Below are positions 16,561-26,214 of a stretch of DNA of 48,442 nucleotides, piece after piece. Positions within the stretch are counted from its first letter, which is position 1. Each line of letters starts with the position of its first letter. Position numbers and translations under genes: made by a program. This stretch comes from an uncultured Candidatus Saccharibacteria bacterium (GTDB lineage: Bacteria; Patescibacteriota; Minisyncoccia; Phycocordibacterales; Phycocordibacteraceae): contig CAYIMJ010000001.1 of assembly GCA_964364605.1 (NCBI GenBank), positions 1 to 48,442 on the forward strand, given 5' to 3'. The notes beneath the pieces were generated by a model. That model ran no database searches. It worked only from the letters and a program-made list of their open reading frames with translations, and was not told where the DNA came from.

Positions 16561-17928
16561 TTAATCGTCTTTTGCTTTATCACGATCTTCTGTCGCATCA
16601 GCAACAGTCTCATCACTCGCAGGAAGGGGAGTCAATTCCTCTTCAGCAGGAAGAACGGTGGACTGAGGAGCCTCATTAGTAATCATCTCGATGCTCTCAG
16701 TCGGCATGACACCTGCCTCTTCGGCCGGACCTTCGTCGTTGTTCGCAATAACGGCAACTGATTCGCCATTCGATTCAGCGATGTCCTTGCCGCCTGTAGA
16801 AATAATATCGATGTTCCATCCTGTGAGTTTCGCCGCCAAACGGACGTTTTGTCCTCCGCGCCCGATAGCGAGCGACTGTTCGTCCTCGCTGACTGTCACT
16901 GTTGCGCGATGGTCCGCTTCGTTAAGCACCACTTCAGTCGGAGTCGCAGGGGAGAGCGCTTCTTTCACGAATTCCTTCGAATCAGCGTTCCATTCGATGA
17001 TGTCGATGCGCTCACCGCCAAGCTCGCTCATGACCGTCGAAACACGGACACCGCGCTGACCGACGAGAGAACCGACCGGGTCGATGTGCGCTTCGCGAGA
17101 CGCAAGTGCGATCTTGGTGCGACTACCTGGTTCGCGAGCAAGAGCCTTAACCTCGATAGAACCAGCGGCAAGCTCTGGTGCTTCAAGCTCGAAGAGCTTC
17201 ACGACAAACTGAGGATGCGCGCGGGAAAGTCTAAGATATACGCCGCGGAATCCCTCATCGACCACGTAGAGATATGCGCGGATACGCTCACCCATGCGAT
17301 AACGCTCGCCTGGAATTTGCTCCTCGTACGGAATAATGCCAGTTGTGCGACCGAGGTCGACAAATATCGCGCCACGCTCCACACGCTGCACGATGCCGCC
17401 TACGATTTGACCCTTCTTTTCGCCAAATTCTTCCATCATCGAGAGCTTCTCAGCCTCGCGAACCTTCTGGATGACGACCTGTTTTGCAGTCTGAGCTGCA
17501 ATGCGACCAAAATCGTCTTGCTGCTCAAGCGGGAAAATAATATCTTCGCCCACATTCACGCCGCGCTTCATGCGCTTTGCATCGTCGAGAAGAATGTGTT
17601 TTTCAGAATCAAAGCGGGGTAGTTCGCCTTCCGCAAGATGCTCTTCCTCAGTATGGAATGGGTGTGCATGATGATGCTCCTCAGGAATCACTTCATCAGG
17701 TGCAGGAAAACGAACCGTTGTGTCGTCTACGACGGTTTTTACTTGTTCAAAGGAGATTGTGCCGGTGTTGAGATCGAGCTTGGCACGGATGACTTGCCCG
17801 CGCTTGCCGTATTCGCGCTTATACGCGGTCGCCATGGCGCTTTCGATAGCATCGATCATCGTCGCGCGGCTGATGCCTCGATCCTCAAACTCCCCGAGCA
17901 CTGCATTGATAGTCTTTAAATCAATCAT
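16561..17928 (-). CDS. nusA: transcription termination/antitermination factor NusA
   Basis: The N-terminal domain (MIDLKTINAVLGEFEDRGISRATMIDAIESAMATAYKREYG), S1-like and two KH regions (GQRGVRVS..., AIGRGGQNVRLAAKLTGWNIDI), plus an acidic tail. Confidence 0.92.
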   Translation of the reverse strand: MIDLKTINAVLGEFEDRGISRATMIDAIESAMATAYKREYGKRGQVIRAKLDLNTGTISFEQVKTVVDDTTVRFPAPDEVIPEEHHHAHPFHTEEEHLAEGELPRFDSEKHILLDDAKRMKRGVNVGEDIIFPLEQQDDFGRIAAQTAKQVVIQKVREAEKLSMMEEFGEKKGQIVGGIVQRVERGAIFVDLGRTTGIIPYEEQIPGERYRMGERIRAYLYVVDEGFRGVYLRLSRAHPQFVVKLFELEAPELAAGSIEVKALAREPGSRTKIALASREAHIDPVGSLVGQRGVRVSTVMSELGGERIDIIEWNADSKEFVKEALSPATPTEVVLNEADHRATVTVSEDEQSLAIGRGGQNVRLAAKLTGWNIDIISTGGKDIAESNGESVAVIANNDEGPAEEAGVMPTESIEMITNEAPQSTVLPAEEELTPLPASDETVADATEDRDKAKDD

Positions 17929-18133
17929 ATGGAATATGTATGTCGCACTTTTTTAATAAGAAAGCCTGCGGCGCAGGCATTCAATACGGTGTATAATAGC
18001 AAAAAGATACGGTTGCGTCAACTCTGGATGAACTATTTGACTTAATTAAGTAATGATGTACTATCAGATCAGAATTGTTGTTTGACAATGCTCACTTAAA
18101 CGAAACTTCAAACTCGAAAGAAAGGGGTCAGCC

Positions 18134-20056
18134 ATGCAGGTTATACCTCGTGTCTATCAGAAAACAGCCGTTAAGGCTGCTCTCAAAGGACTACGAGGCC
18201 GCCAGAAACGTGCCCTCGTCGTCCTCGCAACAGGTCTTGGTAAAACCTTGACTGCTGCGTTCATCACAAAGCAGTTCCGCGTAAAACGTGTTCTCTTCCT
18301 TGTGCACAACAACTTCATTCTCAAACATGCCCTCGATGAGTTCCGTCTGGTTTTCGACGAGAGTACCAGAATGGCAACTTACAACGGTATGTCAAAGGAG
18401 GGCGCTACTAAAGCGCACATTGTATTCTCAACGTGGCAGACAATGGGTAAAAGTCTCACGCAATGGGCGCGAGACCACTTTGATCTCATCATCGTGGACG
18501 AAGCGCATCATTCCGAAGCCGACACCTATAAACCGGTTCTGAACTATTTCACCGGACCAAAGCTTGGTGTCACCGCGACCCCAGACCGTGAGGACGAAGC
18601 GGATATCCGCGAAGTCTTCGGGCATGAAGTAATCAACGTCACGCTTGAGGAAGCGATCGCTCGCGGATGGCTGCCTCGCATTGAGTATCACGTCATCACT
18701 GACGAGAGTCTCGATGAAGAAGCTCTTCAGAAAATCGCGGCTGAAATCCGCGAAGGAAAGAAGCGCTTCACGATGGCAGAAGTGAATCGGCGTATCTTCA
18801 TCAAGAAGCGCGACGAAGAAGTTGCTCGGATCATTAACGGCTACAACGAAAAGGCTGTGGTGTTCTGCCAATCCATCACTCACGCCGACCGGATGAGCAA
18901 GTCGCTTGATCTGGCGTCAACATTCCATTCCCAAAAGGGCAGCGGGCAAAAAGATACTTGGGATAAAAACCAAGCAACGCTCGATGCTCTGAAGAACGGA
19001 ATCGTCCGTCGTGTGTGTGCGGTAAACGCCTTCAACGAAGGTGTGAACGTACCCTCTGTCGGATTAGTCGCCTTCTGTCGTGTTACCGGGGTCTTGACCA
19101 TCTTCCGCCAACAGCTTGGACGTGGGCTTCGTCCTGGGAAGGACAAGCTCATCGTTCTCGATTTTGTCGGAAATCTTGAGCGCATTCAGTTAGTGCTTAA
19201 GATGATGAACAAGATTTCTGATCTTCACGAGCAGTTTACTCCCAAAGATGAGATTGCACGCGAAGGTTACGTCCGTGAACGCTTCGAAGTGTCAGGAAAA
19301 GGATTTGAGTTCACCTTCTCAGATGAGGTGGTGGACTTGATGAAGATTCTTGAACACTGCGAGCGTGAATTCTATTCAACATGGCAAGAAGCCGGAAAGG
19401 CGGCACAGAAATTGGGTATCAAAACCAAGGAGGAGTATAAGTTACGGTACAAAGAAGATCCGCGACTTTGTAGCCCTAACCATCTCGATTATCGCTACGC
19501 CGACTTCCCAGACCTAGTGACGTTCCTTGGTGGTCAAACAAAGAACTTCTATCCGACGTGGCAAGCTGCATCAAAAGCCGCAAGACGGTTGGGTATTAAG
19601 ACCTCCGTAGAATACAGGTCACGTTACACGGAAGACTCGAGACTCCAAAGTAATGTAAGTAGATATTATAAAGATTTCCCAGGTTGGGATGTCTTTCTTG
19701 GTAATTACTACTACTCAACATGGAAGGAGGCGGGAAAGGCAGCGAAGAAACTTGGCATTAAGACTCAAGTGGAATACGGATTACATTACAAGAAGGATAG
19801 GAGGCTCAATAGCACACCAGGAAGGCACTATGCTGACTTCCCAGGTTGGGATGTCTTTCTTGGTCGTCAACCAAAGAGCCTTTACCCGACGTGGCGGGAG
19901 GCATCCAAAGCCATAGTCGCCCTTGGTCTTACTTCTTCAAACCTCGCACTGGAATACAAGTCACGACGTAAGGAAGATCCGAGACTTCCAAGTTATCCTT
20001 CGGATTCCTACGCTGACTTCCCAGGTTGGAAGAAGTTCCTGCCTAAGTCTCGTTAG
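18134..20056 (+). CDS. SF2 DEAH-box helicase (type III restriction Res-subunit-like) with four C-terminal ~55-aa repeats
   Basis: VLATGLGKTLTA (motif I), IIVDEAHH (motif II), GVTATP (III), QQLGRGLR (VI). The C-terminus carries 4 tandem units: [FY]Y.TW.EA.KAA..LGIKT..EY...Y..D.RL........YADFPGWD.FLG. Confidence 0.85.
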   Translation: MQVIPRVYQKTAVKAALKGLRGRQKRALVVLATGLGKTLTAAFITKQFRVKRVLFLVHNNFILKHALDEFRLVFDESTRMATYNGMSKEGATKAHIVFSTWQTMGKSLTQWARDHFDLIIVDEAHHSEADTYKPVLNYFTGPKLGVTATPDREDEADIREVFGHEVINVTLEEAIARGWLPRIEYHVITDESLDEEALQKIAAEIREGKKRFTMAEVNRRIFIKKRDEEVARIINGYNEKAVVFCQSITHADRMSKSLDLASTFHSQKGSGQKDTWDKNQATLDALKNGIVRRVCAVNAFNEGVNVPSVGLVAFCRVTGVLTIFRQQLGRGLRPGKDKLIVLDFVGNLERIQLVLKMMNKISDLHEQFTPKDEIAREGYVRERFEVSGKGFEFTFSDEVVDLMKILEHCEREFYSTWQEAGKAAQKLGIKTKEEYKLRYKEDPRLCSPNHLDYRYADFPDLVTFLGGQTKNFYPTWQAASKAARRLGIKTSVEYRSRYTEDSRLQSNVSRYYKDFPGWDVFLGNYYYSTWKEAGKAAKKLGIKTQVEYGLHYKKDRRLNSTPGRHYADFPGWDVFLGRQPKSLYPTWREASKAIVALGLTSSNLALEYKSRRKEDPRLPSYPSDSYADFPGWKKFLPKSR

Positions 20057-20074
20057 TGAGTTGCTCTTTGTTCA

Positions 20075-20110
20075 AACGCCGCAGACAAAAAATCTGCGGC
20101 GTTTTCTTTA
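20075..20110 (+). terminator. rho-independent terminator
   Basis: acgccgcag acaaaaaat ctgcggcgt followed by tttctttacc. Confidence 0.75.
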
Positions 20111-20160
20111 CCTTAAAAAATAGGCTTGGGGACAAATCATGATGTAAGATTTACAACACC

Positions 20161-20817
20161 ATGCTCAAAGTTCACTTTGCGTACGATCTCGAGAAAGACG
20201 TGGAGAATTTTCTACGTGGCACTCAGTCAATAAACAACAAAGCTCCTACGAAACTGCAGCGGCTTTATATTGAAAAACACGGTCCTATTTATGATTCAGA
20301 AATCGTAAGGAATTTTATTGAGACCTATATCCAAAATAATCATATTGATCTCTCAAGTTTTGTAACTGCGATGGAACGGGATTGGCGCCCGATAGAGGAA
20401 AACTTTATCTCTAAAACCGAAAAGTTATTCGGCACGACGTATCCGGTCGAATCAATTACGGCTTATCTCTCAACTAACAGCCGTTGTACTTACAATATTC
20501 AGGACAATTACTTTTTTGTATTCTTAAACGCAAAATCACCGAATGCCTATATCATGCATGAGCTTCTTCATTTCTACACGTCATACGCATTGCATGATGA
20601 ATTGATAGGGCAGGGGCTAGACGAGAAGCAGTATAACGATATTAAGGAATCATTGACCGAGCTACTAAATCTTGAATATGTCGATCTAATGGATGGGATT
20701 GTTGATGAAGGGTACTCGCAGCACGTTGCTATGCGAAAAAAGGTCCGTGCACTTTGGTTGGCTACAAAGGATCTCCGAAAGACCGTGCTCGGAATAACAA
20801 CTGAAGACGAGGTGTGA
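20161..20817 (+). CDS. hypothetical protein with HExxH motif
   Basis: YIMHELLHFYT is a possible zincin motif. I recognise no further family. Confidence 0.55.
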   Translation: MLKVHFAYDLEKDVENFLRGTQSINNKAPTKLQRLYIEKHGPIYDSEIVRNFIETYIQNNHIDLSSFVTAMERDWRPIEENFISKTEKLFGTTYPVESITAYLSTNSRCTYNIQDNYFFVFLNAKSPNAYIMHELLHFYTSYALHDELIGQGLDEKQYNDIKESLTELLNLEYVDLMDGIVDEGYSQHVAMRKKVRALWLATKDLRKTVLGITTEDEV

Positions 20818-20871
20818 AATGAACGACTGACTGGGGCCTGGACTAAATTGTTTTGTGACATAATAGTTACG

Positions 20872-22152
20872 ATGATGAATATGAGAGGCCACTTTACAGC
20901 ATTGTTTGTGCTTCTCATCAGCCTTGCTGTATCCGGCTTCGTACTTCTTTTACACAAAACCACCCCAGACTATTCCCTTCTTGCATCTTTTTTTGACACG
21001 CCAAATCATCTTCCTCTCCTTCCTGCTCCTCCCCTTCCAAATCCGCCACAACCCCCTCCTCCATTACTCCCTAGAGGCGCATACGATTCGTACGGCACAA
21101 ACGACATACTTGCCATTGACATAGGTGTCCTTATCGCCAAGCGTGTTCCTGGTGGAATTATCGTGCGACGTGTGGATGAAAAAGATGAAAATGGTGTTTT
21201 CACTGCAGTTGCATATGCCGATGATTTTCACAGACTGACGGACCCTGATGGCGGGCGAACCCCTTACTTTCAGGCAGGAGATACGGTGTACATGTTTAAA
21301 TATGGAGACATAGTCCACACTCCTGACACATCACTTCTCCCAGTTCCTGTGAGCATACCCGGCGCTGATGCCTCTACGTTTATGCCGGGCATTAGTCCCT
21401 ACCTTAGTCGTATCGCAAAAGATAAAACCCATGTGTATATAGATGGCATTCTAGATCCAATAATTGATGCGAAAACAGTTGCCGTCATACCCCAGCATCC
21501 TGGTGTCTTTCAAGATTCTTTTCACGTATATGAATACACCGGACAATCTTTACCCTATACCATCACCCCTTTTGAGCCTCCGATTACCTTTTTCTCAGAG
21601 ATAGCTCAACTTGACTCCGAGTTTAATGCGTACTTTACAGATAAGAACGGTGCTTACTTCCAAAAAGAAAAAATCGTGGGTGCGGATCTAGGAACATTTG
21701 CCGTCTTTACCAGTCCGAAGCTTCATGAATTGAAGGGTAGCGGACCAATCTATTCGTATGCAAAGGATAAGAATTTCGTATATTACAGAGGCGTCGCTGT
21801 ATCTCTGGCTGACCCCGCAACGTTCGTCCCAGTCGATAATGGGGGAGTATTTTCGTACTACTATGGTAAGGATACGAACAGAGTATACGAGGGTACTACA
21901 ACAATTCCTACTCTAAATCCTTTGAGTGTCCAGGTCTTGTGGCAGCCGATATATGAGGGATGTGGGTCCTCTCATTATGTAAAAGATGCAAAATATGTAT
22001 TCTTTCTGCATACAATGGTTCCGAACGCCGACCCGGAAACATTTAAATCCCTTATCGGTGGCTACGGGCGTGACAAAAATGGCATATGGGAAGGAGCGAG
22101 TTTTCGTCCTGATCTTCCGAAAGACTTCCAGCCGGTCTGCAACTACGGCTAA
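20872..22152 (+). CDS. DKNYY-repeat family protein, membrane anchored
   Basis: TM helix, Pro-rich linker, repeated D-K-N/T-x-V/A-Y units (AKDKTHVYIDG, FTDKNGAYFQK, AKDKNFVYYRG, GKDTNRVYEG, GRDKNGIWEG). ATG 20872 is preferred over TTG 20848. Confidence 0.75.
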   Translation: MMNMRGHFTALFVLLISLAVSGFVLLLHKTTPDYSLLASFFDTPNHLPLLPAPPLPNPPQPPPPLLPRGAYDSYGTNDILAIDIGVLIAKRVPGGIIVRRVDEKDENGVFTAVAYADDFHRLTDPDGGRTPYFQAGDTVYMFKYGDIVHTPDTSLLPVPVSIPGADASTFMPGISPYLSRIAKDKTHVYIDGILDPIIDAKTVAVIPQHPGVFQDSFHVYEYTGQSLPYTITPFEPPITFFSEIAQLDSEFNAYFTDKNGAYFQKEKIVGADLGTFAVFTSPKLHELKGSGPIYSYAKDKNFVYYRGVAVSLADPATFVPVDNGGVFSYYYGKDTNRVYEGTTTIPTLNPLSVQVLWQPIYEGCGSSHYVKDAKYVFFLHTMVPNADPETFKSLIGGYGRDKNGIWEGASFRPDLPKDFQPVCNYG

Positions 22153-22198
22153 CGCAACACAGTACGGGTGAAATCCGCCATTGCCGAAGGCAGAGCGC

Positions 22199-22268
22199 GT
22201 ATACCCGTGAGATAGCATTTCAATGCAGTGTACAACTCGATAAACATTGGGCATCTCACGGGGTATAC
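22199..22268. repeat. family-B inverted repeat (arms GTATACCCGTGAGAT / ATCTCACGGGGTATAC) upstream of pilB
   Basis: Left arm 22199-22213, right arm 22253-22268, 39-nt spacer. The right arm ends in TATACT (22264-22269), 9 nt from ATG 22279. Confidence 0.75.
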
Positions 22269-22278
22269 TTTAGCGCAT

Positions 22279-24027
22279 ATGCACGTTTCGGAAGGGGAGC
22301 TGAAAGAATTCATCATCGACTCCGGTCTCGTCGTGAAGAAGGAGATTGATGCTGCAAGCGAAGAAGCCGTAAAGAAAGGTCAGTCGCTTGGCGATATACT
22401 CGTCTCGCGAGGATCGTTGACCGAAGATGCTCTGCGGCGCATCCAAGCGTACGTACTTGGGATTCCGTTTGTAAATTTAAAAGAGCATCGTGTCCCTGTC
22501 GATGTGCTCGCACTCATCCCAGAACCAATCGCACGCACGCACAACATCATTGCGTTCCGAAAAGAAGGAGATTCGCTCGAAGTCGCAATGCTTGACGTTG
22601 AAGATCTCGCTTCTATCGACTCTGTACGTAAAAAGACTGGCCTCAAGATATTATCACGATTGACCGATACGGAAAGTATCAAGTCAGCGCTCCTGCAATA
22701 TCAGAAGTCACTCAAAGATGAGTTCGGCGACATCATATCGACCGAGGCAGGGAAAATCCGTGCTGTTTCTGCAGGCAATAAGGACCTTTCGGGCGACGAA
22801 CTCAAGAAAATGGCTGAGGACTTACCGATCGTGCGCATCGTCGACACGCTTTTGCGGCACGCTATCGTTCAGGGTGCTTCCGACATTCATATCGAGCCTA
22901 TGGAGAACGAGGTACTCGTGCGCTATCGCATCGATGGCATCCTGCACGATGCAATGACGCTTCCCAAGCCAGCTGCTGCCGGTATCGTCGCGCGCATCAA
23001 GGTGCTCTCCAACCTAAAGCTCGACGAAAAACGCCTACCGCAAGACGGTCGTTTCAAAATGGAGACCGATGCAGATCGAGTTTCTTTCCGTGTCTCAATG
23101 CTCCCGACATTCTTCGGCGAGAAAACCGTGATGCGTCTTCTGCGCGAAACAGGGGAGGGCTTCACGCTCGATGCGCTCGGACTCCATGGGGAAAATATGG
23201 AGCGCATCCATCACGCTCTGAAGCAGACGACTGGCATCATCCTCATCTCGGGACCGACAGGCTCTGGAAAAACGACGACGCTTTACACGATGCTCGATAT
23301 CCTGAATCAACCGGACGTGAATATTTCAACCGTCGAGGATCCTATCGAGTATCAGATGAAGCGCGTCAATCAGACGCAAGTTAACCCAGAGATAGGGTTC
23401 ACCTTCGCCAACGGACTCCGATCACTCGTGCGCCAAGATCCAGACATCATCATGGTCGGCGAAATTCGCGACAGCGAGACAGCTTCGCTCGCGATCAATG
23501 CCGCGCTCACCGGCCACCTCGTACTCTCGACTATTCACACGAACAGCGCGGCAGGCGCCATACCTCGCCTTATTGATATGGGCATCGAGCCATTCCTCCT
23601 CGTTTCTACTATCCGCGTTATCGTAGGACAACGCCTCGTACGCAAACTCATCGAAAATAAAGAGCCATATTCGTTGGACAAGGCCGTGCGCGGGAAAATC
23701 GCGAGCGAAGAAGATTTTAATGCCGCATTCAAAGCTCTTGAAGACGAGAAGCTCGTCAGTAAAGGAGCAACGCTCGACACGATTCCTTTTTATCGACCAG
23801 TGGCATCATCTGAGTCTGAAGATGGCTATCGAAGTCGTATCGGCATCCATGAAGTGCTTGCTGTTTCGCCGGCCATTCGCGAAACCATCCTCCGATCAAG
23901 CACGAGTGACGCTATTGACGCACAAGCGAAAAAAGAGGGGATGCTTACGATGTTTCAAGATGGTCTCTACAAGGCTGCGCGCGGTATCACGAGCATTGAA
24001 GAGGTCCTGCGTGCGATAACTGAATGA
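22279..24027 (+). CDS. pilB: type IV pilus assembly ATPase PilB (GspE family)
   Basis: The N-terminal MshEN-like domain, Walker A GPTGSGKTTTLY, Asp/His boxes (VGEIRD, TGHLVLSTIHTN). ATG 22279 (MHVSEGELKEF) is preferred over GTG 22228. Confidence 0.93.
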   Translation: MHVSEGELKEFIIDSGLVVKKEIDAASEEAVKKGQSLGDILVSRGSLTEDALRRIQAYVLGIPFVNLKEHRVPVDVLALIPEPIARTHNIIAFRKEGDSLEVAMLDVEDLASIDSVRKKTGLKILSRLTDTESIKSALLQYQKSLKDEFGDIISTEAGKIRAVSAGNKDLSGDELKKMAEDLPIVRIVDTLLRHAIVQGASDIHIEPMENEVLVRYRIDGILHDAMTLPKPAAAGIVARIKVLSNLKLDEKRLPQDGRFKMETDADRVSFRVSMLPTFFGEKTVMRLLRETGEGFTLDALGLHGENMERIHHALKQTTGIILISGPTGSGKTTTLYTMLDILNQPDVNISTVEDPIEYQMKRVNQTQVNPEIGFTFANGLRSLVRQDPDIIMVGEIRDSETASLAINAALTGHLVLSTIHTNSAAGAIPRLIDMGIEPFLLVSTIRVIVGQRLVRKLIENKEPYSLDKAVRGKIASEEDFNAAFKALEDEKLVSKGATLDTIPFYRPVASSESEDGYRSRIGIHEVLAVSPAIRETILRSSTSDAIDAQAKKEGMLTMFQDGLYKAARGITSIEEVLRAITE

Positions 24028-25247
24028 CCATGAAATTTCGGGTTACCGTACGGAAAGAGGGTGCACCAGACCAAATACGCAACATCGAAGCATCGTCACG
24101 CTTCGATGTATACCATCAGATAAATAGTGAAGGCAGTTCCGTCACTTCAATTGAAGAGCTGCGCGGATTTAATCTTGATACCCTATCCCGCTTTAATATA
24201 TCGATCGGTACGGGAATAAAGCGTGTTGAAATAATCCGCACTGCAAAAAATGTGTCCGCGATGCTCTCCGCTGGCCTTTCCATTTCTCGTGCGCTTTCTA
24301 TCATTGAACGCCAATCAAGCAACAAGCATTTTAAGACAATTGCTGCCGGCCTTTCTGAATCAATAAAAAAAGGCTCCTCCTTTCACGAAGCTCTTACTGC
24401 CTACCCGAAAGTATTTCCCGAGATATTCGTCGCCATGGCGCGAGCAGGAGAGGAGTCAGGCTCCTTAGCTGACTCTCTTACTGTCGTCGCTCTCCAGATG
24501 GAACGTTCCGAGGAGTTAGTACGGAAAATCAGAGGCGCGATGATTTATCCGGCTATCGTTGTCACCGCAGTGATCATTGTCGGTATCCTCATGCTCATCT
24601 ACGTCGTACCGACCCTGACGAGCACCTTTACCCAGCTCGGGGTACAAGTACCGCTCGCCACACGAATGATTGTCGCGTTGTCGGATTTCATGGTCGCTCA
24701 TGTCGAACTTGTCCTCCTGGCAATCACTATAGGAGTGATAGGCGGCACTACATTCTTCCGATCGAGAATAGGGGGCAGGATAGTGCTGGCGTGTGCTTTG
24801 TATATGCCCGTTATAAATGAGCTCGTACGCGAGACGTATACTGCCCGAGCCTCTCGTACGCTCTCCTCACTTCTCTCTGCCGGCGTACCCGTACTTGAGG
24901 CTCTCTCCATCACCAAAGAAGTGGTGCATGCGGAGGCATTTGCGAAAGTGGTCGAGGAAGCAGAAGAACATGTGAAAAAAGGGGAGCCTCTTTCCACATC
25001 ATTTTCTGAACATGCGAAACTCTATCCAATTTTAATGAGCGATATGCTCGCAGTGGGGGAAGAGACCGGTAAAGTCGCCGAGATGCTTAAACAAATCGCG
25101 GAGTTTTATGAAGAAGATGTCGGTCAAAAAACAAAAGATCTTTCGACTATCATCGAGCCAGTCCTCATGCTCGTTATCGGAGCCTTTGTCGGCGTCTTTG
25201 CAGTCTCGATGATTGCACCGATTTATTCGCTCTCATCGGCTATATAA
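24024..25247 (+). CDS. pilC: type IV pilus platform protein PilC (GspF family)
   Basis: Two GspF repeats (SAGLSISRAL..., SAGVPVLEAL...) and three TM segments. ATGA overlap with the pilB stop. Confidence 0.92.
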   Translation: MTMKFRVTVRKEGAPDQIRNIEASSRFDVYHQINSEGSSVTSIEELRGFNLDTLSRFNISIGTGIKRVEIIRTAKNVSAMLSAGLSISRALSIIERQSSNKHFKTIAAGLSESIKKGSSFHEALTAYPKVFPEIFVAMARAGEESGSLADSLTVVALQMERSEELVRKIRGAMIYPAIVVTAVIIVGILMLIYVVPTLTSTFTQLGVQVPLATRMIVALSDFMVAHVELVLLAITIGVIGGTTFFRSRIGGRIVLACALYMPVINELVRETYTARASRTLSSLLSAGVPVLEALSITKEVVHAEAFAKVVEEAEEHVKKGEPLSTSFSEHAKLYPILMSDMLAVGEETGKVAEMLKQIAEFYEEDVGQKTKDLSTIIEPVLMLVIGAFVGVFAVSMIAPIYSLSSAI

Positions 25248-25248
25248 C

Positions 25249-25635
25249 ATGTCTTCTGCGCGCGGATTTTCACTCGTCGAAGTTACCGTCTCGATCCTCA
25301 TTATGAGCGTCATGTTTCTTCTGCTTCAAGCAGTTATACGCAGTAGCGTGCTCGTAAGAACATCAAAAAACCAGGGCATTGCTCTCGCAATCGCGAGCAA
25401 TAAGATTGAGAGTTTGCGCATCGGAGGCTATGCGACCCTCCCATCGGGAGGTTCCTTTTCAGATAGCCTCATAAGCACACTTCCCCGAGCAGCAACGACG
25501 ACGCTCGCCATCAGTGCCTACAATGCTAAAACAAAACAGGTCTCAGTAAGCGTAATATGGCTGGATTCAGGCTCTACCGCGTCAAGCACTGTCTCACTCT
25601 CAACTCTTATCACTGAGACCGGCGGACTTCCATGA
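25249..25635 (+). CDS. prepilin-type N-terminal cleavage/methylation domain protein (minor pseudopilin)
   Basis: MSSARGFSLVEVTVSILIMSVMFLLL is a class III signal peptide (G/FSLVE). Confidence 0.85.
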   Translation: MSSARGFSLVEVTVSILIMSVMFLLLQAVIRSSVLVRTSKNQGIALAIASNKIESLRIGGYATLPSGGSFSDSLISTLPRAATTTLAISAYNAKTKQVSVSVIWLDSGSTASSTVSLSTLITETGGLP

Positions 25636-26204
25636 CATTTCACCCTCCGACACGACAACGAGCATTCACTCTCATTGAAACGACTATCGTTATAGCTTTC
25701 AGTATCAGTATGATGGCCGCACTCGGCCTTTTGATCTATGACTTCGATAAGATTTCGACATATGATCGAACCTCAGCACAGTCATCCGGCTCCGCAAACG
25801 CGGCCATCCGTGAGATAGAATTATTCGCATTCCCCGCGAATGCAGTGCTTCAAACTCACACGTTTTCCAGCGCAACGTATACATCAACTTCGACCTCGCT
25901 CGTTCTTGAGATCCCTTCCGTCGACAGTTCCGGAAATATAATTTCCGGAACTCATGATTACGCGGCATTCTATGTCGTCGGAACGACGACAATGTATCGC
26001 CTCCTTGAGGCAAATGCTGCGAGTAAGCGTGTTTCAGGAACAAAGCGACTCAGTTCCTCTATCAACACATTGACCTTCACCTACAATGATAGCAATTTCA
26101 CCAATGTACACACTGTTACAGTCGACCTGCAGACGCAAGCGCGTGCAAAACAAGAGATTTTGAACGATCATCGGCGCGAGCAAATTAGATTACGTAATTT
26201 CTAA
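25632..26204 (+). CDS. prepilin-type N-terminal domain protein (minor pseudopilin)
   Basis: RQRAFTLIETTIVIAFSISMMAAL. ATGA overlap with the upstream gene. Confidence 0.8.
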   Translation: MTFHPPTRQRAFTLIETTIVIAFSISMMAALGLLIYDFDKISTYDRTSAQSSGSANAAIREIELFAFPANAVLQTHTFSSATYTSTSTSLVLEIPSVDSSGNIISGTHDYAAFYVVGTTTMYRLLEANAASKRVSGTKRLSSSINTLTFTYNDSNFTNVHTVTVDLQTQARAKQEILNDHRREQIRLRNF

Positions 26205-26214
26205 CACACATCCT

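Noticed and set aside
16849-17622. 257-aa plus-strand ORF inside nusA.
   Set aside because: Antisense shadow of nusA. Arg/Cys/His-rich implausible sequence.
24807-24818. cccgttataaat in pilC, an 11/12 match to the family-A arm.
   Set aside because: No inverted partner and no flanking repeat. It encodes conserved-looking PilC residues (MPVINELV). Treated as coincidence.
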